Shown here: in pieces, positions 1 to 11,800 of the stretch | Numbering within the stretch: position 1 is the stretch's first letter | Layout: each line of letters starts with the position of its first letter | Assembly: GCA_043228905.1 (NCBI GenBank) | Contig: JBHGNT010000017.1 | Coordinates: forward strand, 3,906,001-3,970,000 | From: Azolla caroliniana | Taxonomy: Eukaryota > Plantae > Polypodiophyta | Direction: 5' to 3' | DNA: 64,000 nucleotides | The notes under the pieces: generated by a model | What the model saw: only the letters and a program-made list of their open reading frames with translations | What the model was told of the DNA's origin: nothing | The model's database searches: none | Translations under genes and position numbers: made by a program

Positions 1-51
1 AGAACAGGATATACTGAATGGGTCGCCCATATACCAACGATGAATGGATAC

Positions 52-165
52 ATTTAAGTTGAGGAAAATCTTTATATTTTGACTGCATTGCAGCAATAAC
101 AACTGACGAGATATCAATGTTAACAATTGCACAATAGCCATTGTTCACCATATCTTCAGACATAA
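52..165 (-). CDS. Exon 2 of the methyltransferase; the gene continues beyond the window start
   Basis: TGCAG| acceptor at 166, phase-compatible with exon 1 (G|TT=Val). Encodes VMSEDMVNNGYCAIVNIDISSVVIAAMQSKYKDFPQLK and ends at a T|GTATCC donor (52/51). Confidence 0.82.
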
Positions 166-873
166 CTGCAGATATGAAAGCACATGTATGAGAAAAAACT
201 ATTTGGAAAGCATAATTAACCAACGGAAACATATGAGATCATCCAAATTCAGTAAGGAACAATTCCGAAATCATAAACGATCCAAATTAACAGGATCTGA
301 ACGCCATGACTCGACAAAAGATATTTTACTCATAGGTTTGCTTTCTTGAAATTTTGACTTCTAGATTATTTCGTTTAATGCACATTTTAGTTCCATCCTT
401 AAAGCCGTTGTGTTTGTGTATATCTCTATGATTCTCAGTTTAAGTTGAGGAAAATCTTTATATTTTGACTGCATTGCAGCAATAACAACTGACGAGATAT
501 CAATGTTAACAATTGCACAATAGCCATTGTTCACCATATCTTCAGACATAACTGCAGATATGAAAGCACATGTATGAGAAAAAACTATTTGGAAAGCATA
601 ATTAACCAACGGAAACATATGAGATCATCCAAATTCAGTAAGGAACAATTCCGAAATCATAAACGATCCAAATTAACAGGATCTGAACGCCATGACTCGA
701 CAAAAGATATTTTACTCATAGGTTTGCTTTCTTGAAATTTTGACTTCTAGATTATTTCGTTTAATGCACATTTTAGTTCCATCCTTAAAGCCATTCATAT
801 TTTTTTATCCACAAGGCATCCCACGTCCCAATGGTTGAGTTGTGTTTGTGTATATCTCTATGATTCTCAGTTT
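53..873. repeat. Tandem duplication (53-441 / 439-873) that copies exon 2 and its upstream intron
   Basis: 53-406 matches 439-792 at offset 386, and 407-441 matches 839-873. Bases 793-838 are absent from the left copy. Confidence 0.93.
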
Positions 874-2099
874 TTTTCTTTTTGTGCCGACACACTCTAT
901 CCCTTTTGGGCTGATTGCAGGATGTTTCTTCTTTTTTATGCATTTTTTTCTTTTTGTTTTCATTTATGATAATGAGAACCTTTACACCTCCCCTTCGACA
1001 AGTTACCAGTTACACCTTATTCTACTTCCTTAAAACTTGAAGTCGAGTGCATTTTTAACAAATCAGGCCCTAGGGTAGTGACATTACATATTTCTGACAA
1101 TAGTGAATTATGATCAAATTTCAGCTTCCTGTATTTGAGTCCAAACATGATAATAATCAATCACAATGCCTACTCTATTTGATCATAGATATGCACACTC
1201 CACTTGGCACTAACATTAAGTTCTAAGCAGTAATTTGTGCAAATACCACATTAACTAACAAAAATGGAGAGACAGTAAAACAAAAAATTTCAAAAGCAAG
1301 GGAAGATATTGAAAGAAATATGAAAATTTAAGAGTTCCTATCCCTTTCAGCAAGCTCGATAGAAGAATTATAGATGAAATTCTAGCATTTTGCTAGTGTG
1401 AAACATCAGATCATCAATCCATTTTCTCTCTCGGATGCAGTAGCCTCATCAAATGGGCCTTAAAATTCAACTGGCATGCATTTCAATACCTTATGGCGTC
1501 CTTGTAAGTAATCCTTTACAATAATGTCTACCACAACCTCTAAAGATGATGGTTTAAATCACATGTGTTTCAATACCTTGTCCATATCATCATAGATGAA
1601 ATTCTATGACTGTCTTCTACCACAGCCTCTAAAGATGATGCCCTCATCGAAGGATCAAACATTTCTATCAACTTTGTAATAAAGATATAGTCAAGTTACA
1701 AAACTCAGCATATGCAACAAATATCGCCTATCTTAAGAGTAAAAATTTCCACCAAGAGATGGCACAAAGAAGACAAATATTAAACCTACAAAAGCTCCAT
1801 TTACTAAGCCAAAAAAGAAGGCATTTGATTAAAAGAAGAAAACAGAGTCATAAGATCAAGAAATTGCAATAAAGAGGTCAATTCATTGACTGCATACATT
1901 TCAAAAGCTGAAAAACGATAGATTTCAGCAAAGTTCATCATAAAACTCATAGCATTTACGATCAAATAATGGAACAAAAGAAAGCTACTACACATTTGGA
2001 CAAGTGCATGAAAAGCTGAGAAACGAGAAATTCCAAGAGAGGACGCATCGAGCAATTTACCAAAAAAGAGAATGTTTGAAGAAAGAAAGCAGTACTGAC

Positions 2100-2268
2100 C
2101 AGCATTACCACATCCGACCATGAGAATACGAGAGGTTTTCGGTGCATACTTGTCTAGCAATGGAGACAATCCAGAGTATTGCTGATACCAATCAAAAGAG
2201 CCACTGTCTTGTTTATATCTCTCATCCCAATAGGATGCTTCTCCATAGGCTTGGGGGCCTTTAGTCAT
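2100..2268 (-). CDS. Exon 1 of a SAM-dependent methyltransferase (METTL13 N-terminal / EEF1AKMT4-like family)
   Basis: MTKGPQAYGEASYWDERY...FDWYQ...ILMVGCGNA: contains the YW..RY and FDWY motifs plus SAM-binding motif I typical of this family. It ends at a G|GTCAGT donor (2100/2099); the ORF-track continuation is intron read-through. Confidence 0.88.
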
Positions 2269-2550
2269 CGTTTCTTCTTATTCTAATTCTTCTAAAGGCC
2301 AAGGAGAATGGGAGAAAAGGGGAAGGGGGGGGGGGGAAGAAAAACCCAAAACGGAGGCCGACAAATCAAGCACCTAGGGCCATGGTTAGGGCACGATTTG
2401 TCGATATGCAGGGGTGAGGGGGGAAGCAGAGCAGAGCAGAGCAGAGAGATCTGGGCGAGTTGTAAAAGCGGCTTGAAGGAATGGTGTAGAAAAATCTGCT
2501 GAGGAGGGAGGTCGTTTCTTTCTTGCTTTCTTTCTTTTGTTTCTTCCCCC

Positions 2551-2793
2551 ATCCATCCTTCCTTCCTTCCTTCCTTCCTTCCCTGCCTTATTAAACACAG
2601 CCCACCTATCCATATCTATCTTCCTAACGAAGCCGTCGCCATTTCTTCCTGCCCCTGCCCCTGCCCCTGCCCCCTGCCTCTCCATCCATATCCGATGGCA
2701 TTCCCATCAGCTCGGTTCGGTTCGGCTCGGCTCGGCTCGGCTTGGCTTGGCTTGGCTTGCTCGGTTTTGGCTCGGTTTGGCTCGGCTCGGCTC
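2551..2793. repeat. Simple-repeat cluster upstream of the methyltransferase gene: (TTCC)n, (GCCCCT)n, (GGCTC/GGCTT)n
   Basis: Directly visible tandem microsatellites 280-520 bp upstream of the ATG. Confidence 0.85.
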
Positions 2794-4799
2794 CGTCCCA
2801 AGAACCTAAGAACACGAAACAGGCGGACATGTTAAAGTTCGTATCATCATCTTCGCCACTATGCCCGTCCGTCGGCCTCGACGTATTTACTATTTCTAAA
2901 GCAGTCGCCTCCGAGTTCCCCAGTGTTTTTGGTTTGGTCCCGAACGCGTTCTGGGTCGTGGGAAGTGAAGTGTTTACATCGTCGGTACCTTTTACCTTTT
3001 TTTTATGAAGGCTGGCATGTTCAAGCTCACTATTTTCAAAGTGCGAATACGACCTCTACCACCCGGTGATACATCAACTCAAAAACAATGCACGATCTTT
3101 ACCATTGAAGATTCGGTTTTTACTTGTTAACATGTTGTGTGCATAGAAGACATATTTGAGAAATATCTCGCACCACAAAGAATTTTTTTATCAGATGAAA
3201 TTGGTGAGACATATCAATAATGGTTTCACTTAGTGCTTAAGTTCATTTCTTTTGTATCAATCTTCATAACTAAACTTGAATAGTCAATACTTTAGGAAAG
3301 GCATAAACTTTCTCTATTTCAACCCTGATAGTCTTTGTGTCACTAGTGGCCTTTCGTAAACATGAAACACTTGTTTCAAATTATATAATACTCCCTAACT
3401 TGGACATAACAAAACCCAAAGGTGCAAAAAAGAGGCTCATTACAATAGAGATTATGAAAAAGCTCTTGAGTAGAGCTAGAAAGAAAGGTATGAGACATTT
3501 GAGCACAAATCATGCAACATCAAAAGCCTCGCCACATAAAAAATGGTTTCAAAAGTACAACGTAAATGTGAAATGCAATTCATTTATGATCTATCAAAAA
3601 TGTTAGTTGCTTTATGTTATAGCTTGCTAGACTCCTATGTTCTCGCCCATTTGCTAGCCTAAGCTTTTAGATTACAAATTTATTCAACCTCACAATTCTA
3701 AGAGATCTCAGGAACTTGGAAGATGGATGAGATGAATTGAATGAAAGATTTGTGCATTTGGGTCGTTTAATTTGTTCAAGAAAGAAAGTGTTGAGCTTCT
3801 AAGAAATCGAAGTATCATATGTATTATCATTTCCAACTATACATTCAAAAACTACAAGCTTCAAGCCTCTTCCACATGCAACCATTTTCTTCCATGTATG
3901 TTTACTAGGTGTGATTGCAGACCCTATAACTCTCACTCACACCAACCTTGCTATTATTGATTCTTTGTATGTGAGGTTATTAACTTTGTTGCAATCATTA
4001 TCATTGTGCATCATTTCAATTTACAATGATATGATATGAACAAAAAGCTAAACACTTTCCCTTTCCTTAGTGACCAATTGATATCCTACCTTTCTTTCTT
4101 TTGTGCAGATTTTGCTCAACCTCCTTGCAAACTTTATCAACTCTTCCAAATCTCTTCTTACATGTCTTGTTGTAGATGAGCATTGCTCTAATACTACTTG
4201 TTGGATTTAGGCAACCTAAATTTCACCTTTCGTACAACACTCAACACAAACGCACCAAAATTATGCATTTTCATATATGGAGGTATGTATGTTCTTGCCA
4301 CTAGCCTTAGCTATTTCCCTATCCAACTTCTCTAACCTTATTGGCTAACTATAGTTAGAGCCCATGCACTCTCCAATTATGATTTGATCTCAATTAGCAT
4401 TTCCTTAGGGCATTTTTTGTTGGCTAGTTGGTCTAAACAAAGATAAATATCTTGTTCAAGATTTTGAGTTCAATGATTGCAACTTCTTTAGTGTTTGTGT
4501 GGTCATCTAAGGTCCACATTGGCCAATCTTTCCCAATGGAAAGGGGGTTGGATGTGCTAGTTGATCCCATCTTATGAGTACCATTTAGCTTGATCTTTTA
4601 AGCCAACCTCCAAGTCTATCATCGGTTTTTTTTGTGGTTGGGTGGCAAGGGAGGTGAACTTTGTGTACTTTCCAAAGGTTCTTCTAAACCTTGGAAACCA
4701 AAATTGTTCCATGACCCTATACGTAGCCAAGGTTGCCTTGAGGCAAGTTTGAATCGTGCAAGAGAATATTCCACATGGAACTCAATTGACATGTGCATA

Positions 4800-4837
<38 letters not shown>

Positions 4838-5099
4838 TTGTTTGATATATGCTATGTATTTGTGGGTGTGTTTCTTCTTCGTCTTCTTCTTTCGTACTCA
4901 AATGTTATTTAAACCCAACACAATGATTCACCATGAAAGCTTACCACAAAAGCTCACCATCATGAGAATTGTTGGCGACTTCCACACAATTATTCAAGAC
5001 AACTTATTGGCTCACCATGACAGTAGTTGTTGACTGCTTCATGATGATTCTAAGGACTCCACCTTATGGTCGAGGGTCAACTCTACAAGATTACTTGTG

Positions 5100-5390
5100 T
5101 TTAAATTTGAGAGCAAGATTATTTATATCTAATTTTAAAATCTCAACACAATGGTTGAGGGTAAGCTTTACATTATGGTTACGGTTAAGGTTTTAAAACC
5201 TCCCCATTATGGTTTCTAGTGAGCTCTACATCATGATTCAAGTTGAGATGTAAAACCTCAACCCGATGGTTTCCAATTGGCTTTACATAATGGTTCAAGT
5301 TGAGGTTTTAAAACATCAACATGATGGTTTGTAATATCTAACTAGAAGATAGAAGCAACTTATCAACTCTACATGATGATTTCTATTGTT
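5100..5390. repeat. Degenerate ~60-bp tandem repeat, interrupted by Copia A
   Basis: Recurrent ctntacatnatggtt...aaaacctcaac...atggttt units; a related motif (ctctacataatggtt) reappears at ~26265, after element A. Confidence 0.55.
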
Positions 5391-6519
5391 TACATGTGTT
5401 AATAATTGGAAGTTTAACTAAGAGTTAATTAGTATCTAATTATGTGAGTATTTAATCACGTGTGTGATTAAGTTGTGGAGGATTATGTGATATCTGTGTG
5501 TGAGAGGAAGAGAGAGAGAGGAAGTTTTTCTTATCAATAGTAAATTGGGGATGATTAACGAGTGTAGCACAAAGAACTCTTCCTTGCATTAAAAAGATAT
5601 CATCAAGTTACAAAAATACCCACAATGAGGTATATATACATCTCATGTGCAAGGGTACACATGTGTGAGGAGAATATAAGTACAAGGGTGTAAGTCCTAC
5701 ATTAAATAAACTCGATAGTGGGGAATCTAGAGATCTCCCACTTAAATACTAGGAACAAATCCTTTATAGTCAACATTCAAAATTGATTCTATTTATGTAA
5801 CTACTAAGTTACATGGTTGACTAAACAACTAAACTTAATTGAGCTTGATATCTCAACACGCCCCCTCAAGCTCAAGTATGAGGAGTCTGACATCCCCTTT
5901 CGACATGTGTAAGTTTCTCGCTTCCGACTTTCGTCAAGTCGGTAGTTTTCGGTTGTCGGTATTCTCCCCCTCAAGCATTCGATGAAGGCTTGGTGTGGTA
6001 ATCGGTCGAAGGCCGAGTGCCATCGAAAACTGGTGGAGCTTGTAAGCTCCTAAGGCCTTGGTAAAGATACTTGCCACTGGCGATCAGTACCGACATGTTA
6101 GAGGTCGATGTCTCCCGCAATGATGCATTCCCGGACGTAGTGATAATAGACCTCGATGTGTTTTGTTCGGGCATGGAAGACTGGGTTTTCGACTGGTGTT
6201 ATGCTACTTTGATTGTCGTAGTAGATACGGATCAGGTTGTCAACCAATTCATTGAAAACCTTTAATAGCCGCTTCAACCAAATTGTTTCGCAAGTGGCTA
6301 CGACCACACCCCTGTATTCCATTTCTGTGTTGGACAATGCAATGGTTGGTTGTTTTTTGCTACTCCACAAAATCATTCCACTTCATAGTGAGAAGACGAA
6401 TCTGGATGTTGAACGTCGATCAGATACATTGTCGGCCTAGTCAGCGTCAGTGTATCCTTCTAGCCGAATAATTGCTCATTCCTTGTAGAAAATTCCCTGA
6501 TCCATAGTTCCACTAACAA

Positions 6520-7482
6520 TGTCGTGAAGATCCGTCACTATGTGCGGATCGTGAGGCAGAACCGTCGGGGTTTTGGACCGGAAGGACTTGAAGTTTTTAC
6601 TAACTTTAGCGAGAAAGGATTTAAGATAGATTGAGAGAGAGAGATTGAGATAAGATAGAATGCTTGACTTTAGATTGAGAGAGATTTAAGATTGAACTCT
6701 TGACTTCAGATTTGAAGAACAAGATTGATACATCAATTGGATATTGAATTTCTTACTTTTAATTTCTTGATTAATACATCAATTGGATAACGAATTTTCT
6801 TCTTATATAAAGTACAAAGCTCCCCATTACATCCAAATTTTACATTCTATTTTTTTACCTTTCAATTTTTACATTTGTTTCCTACCATCTGTCTCTTGGG
6901 TCCCACGTTGGTTCTCAACGCAACTGCCCAAGTCTCTAGATGGAGTGTCCTACATGGGTATCACCATCGTCCATCTCTTGGGTCTCACGTTGGCTTCCTG
7001 CAACTGCCCAAGTCTCCGAAACATGTGTGCTCACATGTGTGCTCCTCACATAGACACCTTTGTTTCCTACCATCTGTCTCTTGGGTCCCACGTTGGTTCT
7101 CAACACAACTGTTCCTGCAACTACCCAAGTCTCCGAAACATGTGTGCTCACATGTGTGCTCCTCACATAGACACAAAGATAATAGCTTTTGCTCTGCCTT
7201 ATATATGGTGAGATCCTTATTTGTCCTGTCTATGTGGGATATCTCACAGTTTTATCTTCCTCTTTTCTTTTGCAAACTTCCTACCCACATAACTTGAGAC
7301 TTAGATGTCTGTTTCTTATGTAGTAAAGTGCATTCGAAAGCTCTTGAAGACCTCCATCATTTTGTACTAAGATATTTAACTTATTTAAAATAGTATTTTC
7401 ACTATTATTGTTTTATATAATTCATACTCGATTTCGTATGTTTTATACGATTTTCACACCATTGCCGAAAATCTTCATGACA
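6520..7482. mobile_element. Solo LTR inserted in the RT/RNase H region of Copia A, related to element F
   Basis: Inverted termini TGTCGTGAAGA...TCTTCATGACA. It splits the host peptide AKRVL.Y|VSGTMD. The right end (aaatcttcatgaca) is identical to 57782-57795. Internal tandem repeats at ~6876-7175. Degenerate 4-bp TSD (ACAA/ACGT). Confidence 0.75.
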
Positions 7483-8149
7483 ACGTACTATAAAACTCGC
7501 TTAGCACAGTGCAAATGTCTGTCACACGGTGTTTGCATAAACTGACCAAGGAGTCCGACCGGATAGCTCAAGTCGGATCGAGTAATAGTTTGATAGATGA
7601 GACTCTTGATAATTTGCCGATATTGAGTCGGCTCATAGAGTGTGCCGAAGTATGTGTGCAATTTTAGGTTGCGATCGAGGGTAGTCAAGATTGTCTTGTG
7701 GTCAGTCATACCAAACTTGAACAAGAGATTCAGGATGTAGTGGTGTTGGGAGAGCATTATGTCGTCGCCGATTCAGATGACGTCGAGTCCCAGAAAGTAA
7801 TGAAGTTTGTTCATGTCTTTCATATCAAACTTCCCAGAGAGGAGCATCTTGACTTTGTTGATGTTGGCCAGATGTTCACCACCGATCACTAAGTCGTTGA
7901 CATATATGATGATGAAAATCATACCACTAGAGTTGTTTCGAATAAACAACGAGTTGTCAGACTTAGACATTCAAAAATCAATTTGGTGCAGAGATTCCAT
8001 TATCTTTGAATGTCAGGCCCTTGGAGCTTGCTTGAGGCCGTACAGGGGCTTTTTGAGTCGGCATACTGAATTTGGATGCGATTTAGATTTGTAGTCGGGT
8101 GGTTGTATCATGTACACCTCCTCCTCCTCTAGTTTGGAGAGAGAGAGAG

Positions 8150-8188
<39 letters not shown>

Positions 8189-8575
8189 AGACAGAGAAAG
8201 AAAATAGAAAGGAAAATATTATATTGCACTATAAGATGGATTACAAAGAGGGCAACAAGGAGCTATAGAATGACGTTGAACCAATTTGGTTTTAGGATGA
8301 TTAATAAATCCCTATTTATACTTAGTCCCTATAGAGTAATCTAGAAGGTTCTAGAATATAGGGTAATCTAGAAGGTTTATAGAGTATTCTAGAAGGTTCT
8401 AGTATATAGAACACTCTAGAATATTCCAGGACATTCTAGAATGTAGAGTAATCTAGAATATTCTTATGATATTAAACTATACATATAAACATATCATTAC
8501 AATGGTTAAGGATTTGGCATGTGTATAACAAGGATTTGGCATATCAAATTCTTTCGAGGTATTATGTAAGTGTCA

Positions 8576-8828
8576 TCATGACACTATCCCCCTTCTTCGA
8601 CGACACGTATCATGGGTGGTATGGTTTTTAGTAGGACCTGGTTTACGAGGATATTGGTGATGAAATGCATTGACCATGTACGTGGCATTGGTAAGATTTA
8701 TTGCAAGTTCTAAAGTTCGATCATTGGGGGTATAGCCTAACCAATCAACCAAGTAATACAACTTGTTGCACACGATTTTAGAATCGAGGATGGCAACAAC
8801 CTCAAATTCGGGTCCTTCCAAGAACTCA
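8576..8828 (-). pseudogene. Chromodomain at the integrase C-terminus of element B
   Basis: EFEVVAILDSKIVCNKLYYLVDWLGYTPNDRTLE is a canonical chromodomain pattern. It is separated from HPVFHVSLLEP (13972-14140) by the insertion of Copia C. Confidence 0.88.
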
Positions 8829-8833
8829 ACAAG

Positions 8834-11800
8834 TGTCAAGGAATACGCGGAATAGTCTCCGGCACCTACCGAAGAGTGAATCACTTTGTACAGTCGAACA
8901 CAGAAGAAATGAAGAATGGAGGTAAGTGCACAAAAAGAAAGAAAAGAGAGTACATAGGATATTAACGTGGAAAACCCTGAGAGGGAAAAACCATGGGAGT
9001 CCACAAACTCCAAACTATCACTATATCACAATGATTACAACAGTGAGCTCATGGAGGCAACGACCTCGTGCTCATGATCTTCGCCACAGGCGGCGGTTAC
9101 AACAGAGGCAACAACCTCTCTATATCTCGAGCTCACTCTCTCTCTGTACACGATTGCTCTCTCACAATCGCGACAACGACAATAACAACCTTTTCTTTTA
9201 CTAAGTTTTCCCTAAGTCATATTTATACTAGAATGACTTTTCGGCTATTTACAAATATAGCCCCGATGGACTCTCAGAAACATATTTACGAATATGTCCC
9301 TTCATCCGGTGAGCACTCCTCACCGAGCCTGCATCATCCGATTCTCACCGGGTCTTCCGTTTCCAGGTACTCCTCATCCGGTTCTCACCGGGTCTTCCGT
9401 TTCCGGGTACTCCTCATCCGGTTCTCACCAGGTCTTCCGTTGCCAGGTACTCCACATTCGGTTCTCACCGGGTCTTCACCATCCAACTCTTGCCGGGTAC
9501 TCGTCATCTAGTTCTTTTCACTTCCCATCCGGAGGGACCTGTTTCCTAACAAACTCCCCCTTCACTCCGGCATGGGATGTCTTACTAGTCCGATCCGCTT
9601 CCGACATGCTTCCAGCTTGTCGGGTATCAGTACTTTGGTCAGCATATCTGACCCGTTCTCAGCCGTGTGGATCTTCGTCAGTGCGAACTCCTAGTCATCT
9701 ACTCTTTCCCGGATCCAATGATACCTTCGCTGGATATGCTTCGTCCAGGAATGGTAGGCCGCATTCTTAGCAAGGTGGATGGCACTTTGACTATCGCAAT
9801 AGAGCCGGTATTCATCTTGCCGGATACCGAGCTCTCCGATGAAGTCCTTCATCCATAATATTTCCTTGTCGGCTTCCACAGCTGCCATGTACTCCGCCTC
9901 TGTGGTTGACAACGCAACCGTCTTCTGCAGCCTCGACTACTACGAAACAGCTCCCCCTGCATATGTCATTACATACCCAGATGTAGACCAGCTAGTATCC
10001 ACGTCAGCCGACATGTCTGAATCGGTAAAACCGTCAAGTTGAGGTTTACCGGGGCCGAATCGGAGACACATGTTCGAAGTGCCCTTCTGCAACCAAAGTA
10101 TCCATTTTACTGTGTTCTAGTGCTCCTTGTCGGGATTGCTCATAAACCGGCTCACCACTCCGACTACGTATCCTATATCCGGTTGGGTACACACCATTGC
10201 GTACATTAAGCTCCCGATGGCAGAGGCATATGGAACCTTCATCATATCCGCCTTCTCTGCTTTCGTCTTCGGGCTTTGCTTACCGGATAACTTGCAGTTT
10301 GCCGGAAGTGTCGATCCGACCGGTTTCGCATCTGACATGTTGAACCGCTGAAGCACCTTTGTCACACACTTCTCCTGTGAGAGCCACAATTGCTTCATTG
10401 ACCGATTCCGGATAATATGCATCCCCAGCAACTGTCTTGCCGGACCTAAGTCTTTCATTGAGAAGGTCCGGTTGAGAGCCTTCTTCAGCATCCGTATTTT
10501 GGCTTGGTCCCGTCCGACGATCAACATGTCATCCACGTACAGAAGGAGTATTAGGAAGTCGCCTCCTTCAAACTTCTTCACAAACACACAGTGATCGGCC
10601 TGCGTCTTATGGTACCCTTGATCGTTCATGAAGGAGTCGAACTTCCGGAACCATTGTCGGGGAGCCAGCTTCCGTCCGTACAGGCTCTTCTTCAACCGGC
10701 AAACCAGGTGCTCCTTCCATTTCTCCATGAATCCTTCCGGTTGCTGCATGTAGATCTCCTCTTCGAGGTCATCGTGAAGGAATGTCATCTTCACGTCCAA
10801 CTGCTCTACCTCGTGGTCCATGCTTGTCGCTATACTCAACACCGTCCGGATGGAGGTCATCTTTACTACCGGGGCAAATATCTCGTCGAAGTCCACATCC
10901 TTCTTCTGCTGGAACCCCTTCACCACGATCCTGGCTTTGTATCTCGGGGGGTTGCCGGCATCTCCCGGTTTCAACTTGTACACCCACTTGTTTCGGAGTG
11001 CCCGCTTTCCTTTCGGCAACTCCACCAACTCGTACGTATGGTTCTCATGCAGGGAATCCATCTCATCCTGCATGGCACTTAACCATTTTCGGTTGTGGGT
11101 GTCATCCTTCGCTTCTTCGAAGCTTTCTGGCTCCCCCTCATCGGTTAGCAGCACATGCTCTGCATCCGGAAATCTCTAAGGAACCCTTCTCTCTCTGAGA
11201 GGATATCTTCGTCTTTGGGCTTCGGTAACCGGCTCCTCCATTTGCTCTTCATCCGAATCCGATACAGGGTCTTGGCCGGTTCTGGTTTCAGCTTCCTCTA
11301 CTTCTTCTGTTGCCGGTTATACGCAAGACACCCGAATACCTTCAGATGCCGGTAGGACACTTCCTTACCAGTCCAAACTCTCTGTGGCGTGTCTCCGTCC
11401 AAGGGTACTGAGGGTGATCTGTTTATCACATATGTCGTCGTCGACAGTGCCTCAGCCCAAAACTTCTTGGGTAGTTTTGCATGCGCCAGCATACTCCGGA
11501 CCCTTTCCATTATGGTCCGGTTCATCCTCTCGGCCAGCTCGTTTAGTTCCGGCGTCTTCGGTACGGTAAATTCGAGCCGGATTCCCTTCGAGCGACAATA
11601 CTCCTCGAACTGCCCTCAGTATTCACCTCCGTTATCTGCTCAAACCGCCTTCAGCTTCTGGCCGATTTCTCTTTCCACTCTCATGTGGAGCTCTTTGAAG
11701 ACGGATAACACCTGATCCTTCGTCTTCAACGGTGTGGCCCATAGCTTCCGGCTGTGATCATCTATGAACGTCACGAAGTACTGCGATCCGGCATGTGACT

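Noticed and set aside
361-618. 85-aa ORF as a separate gene
   Set aside because: It is the duplicated exon 2 read through flanking intron sequence.
2860-3600. Possible MULE/FAR1 transposase remnant (TISKAVASEFP, KPKGAKKR)
   Set aside because: Only short, weak motif resemblance with no continuous frame or TIRs; a tBLASTn/HMM search would be needed.
9297-9505. CRISPR-like repeat array
   Set aside because: The repeats are tandem with no unique spacers, lie inside a eukaryotic LTR, and there are no cas genes.
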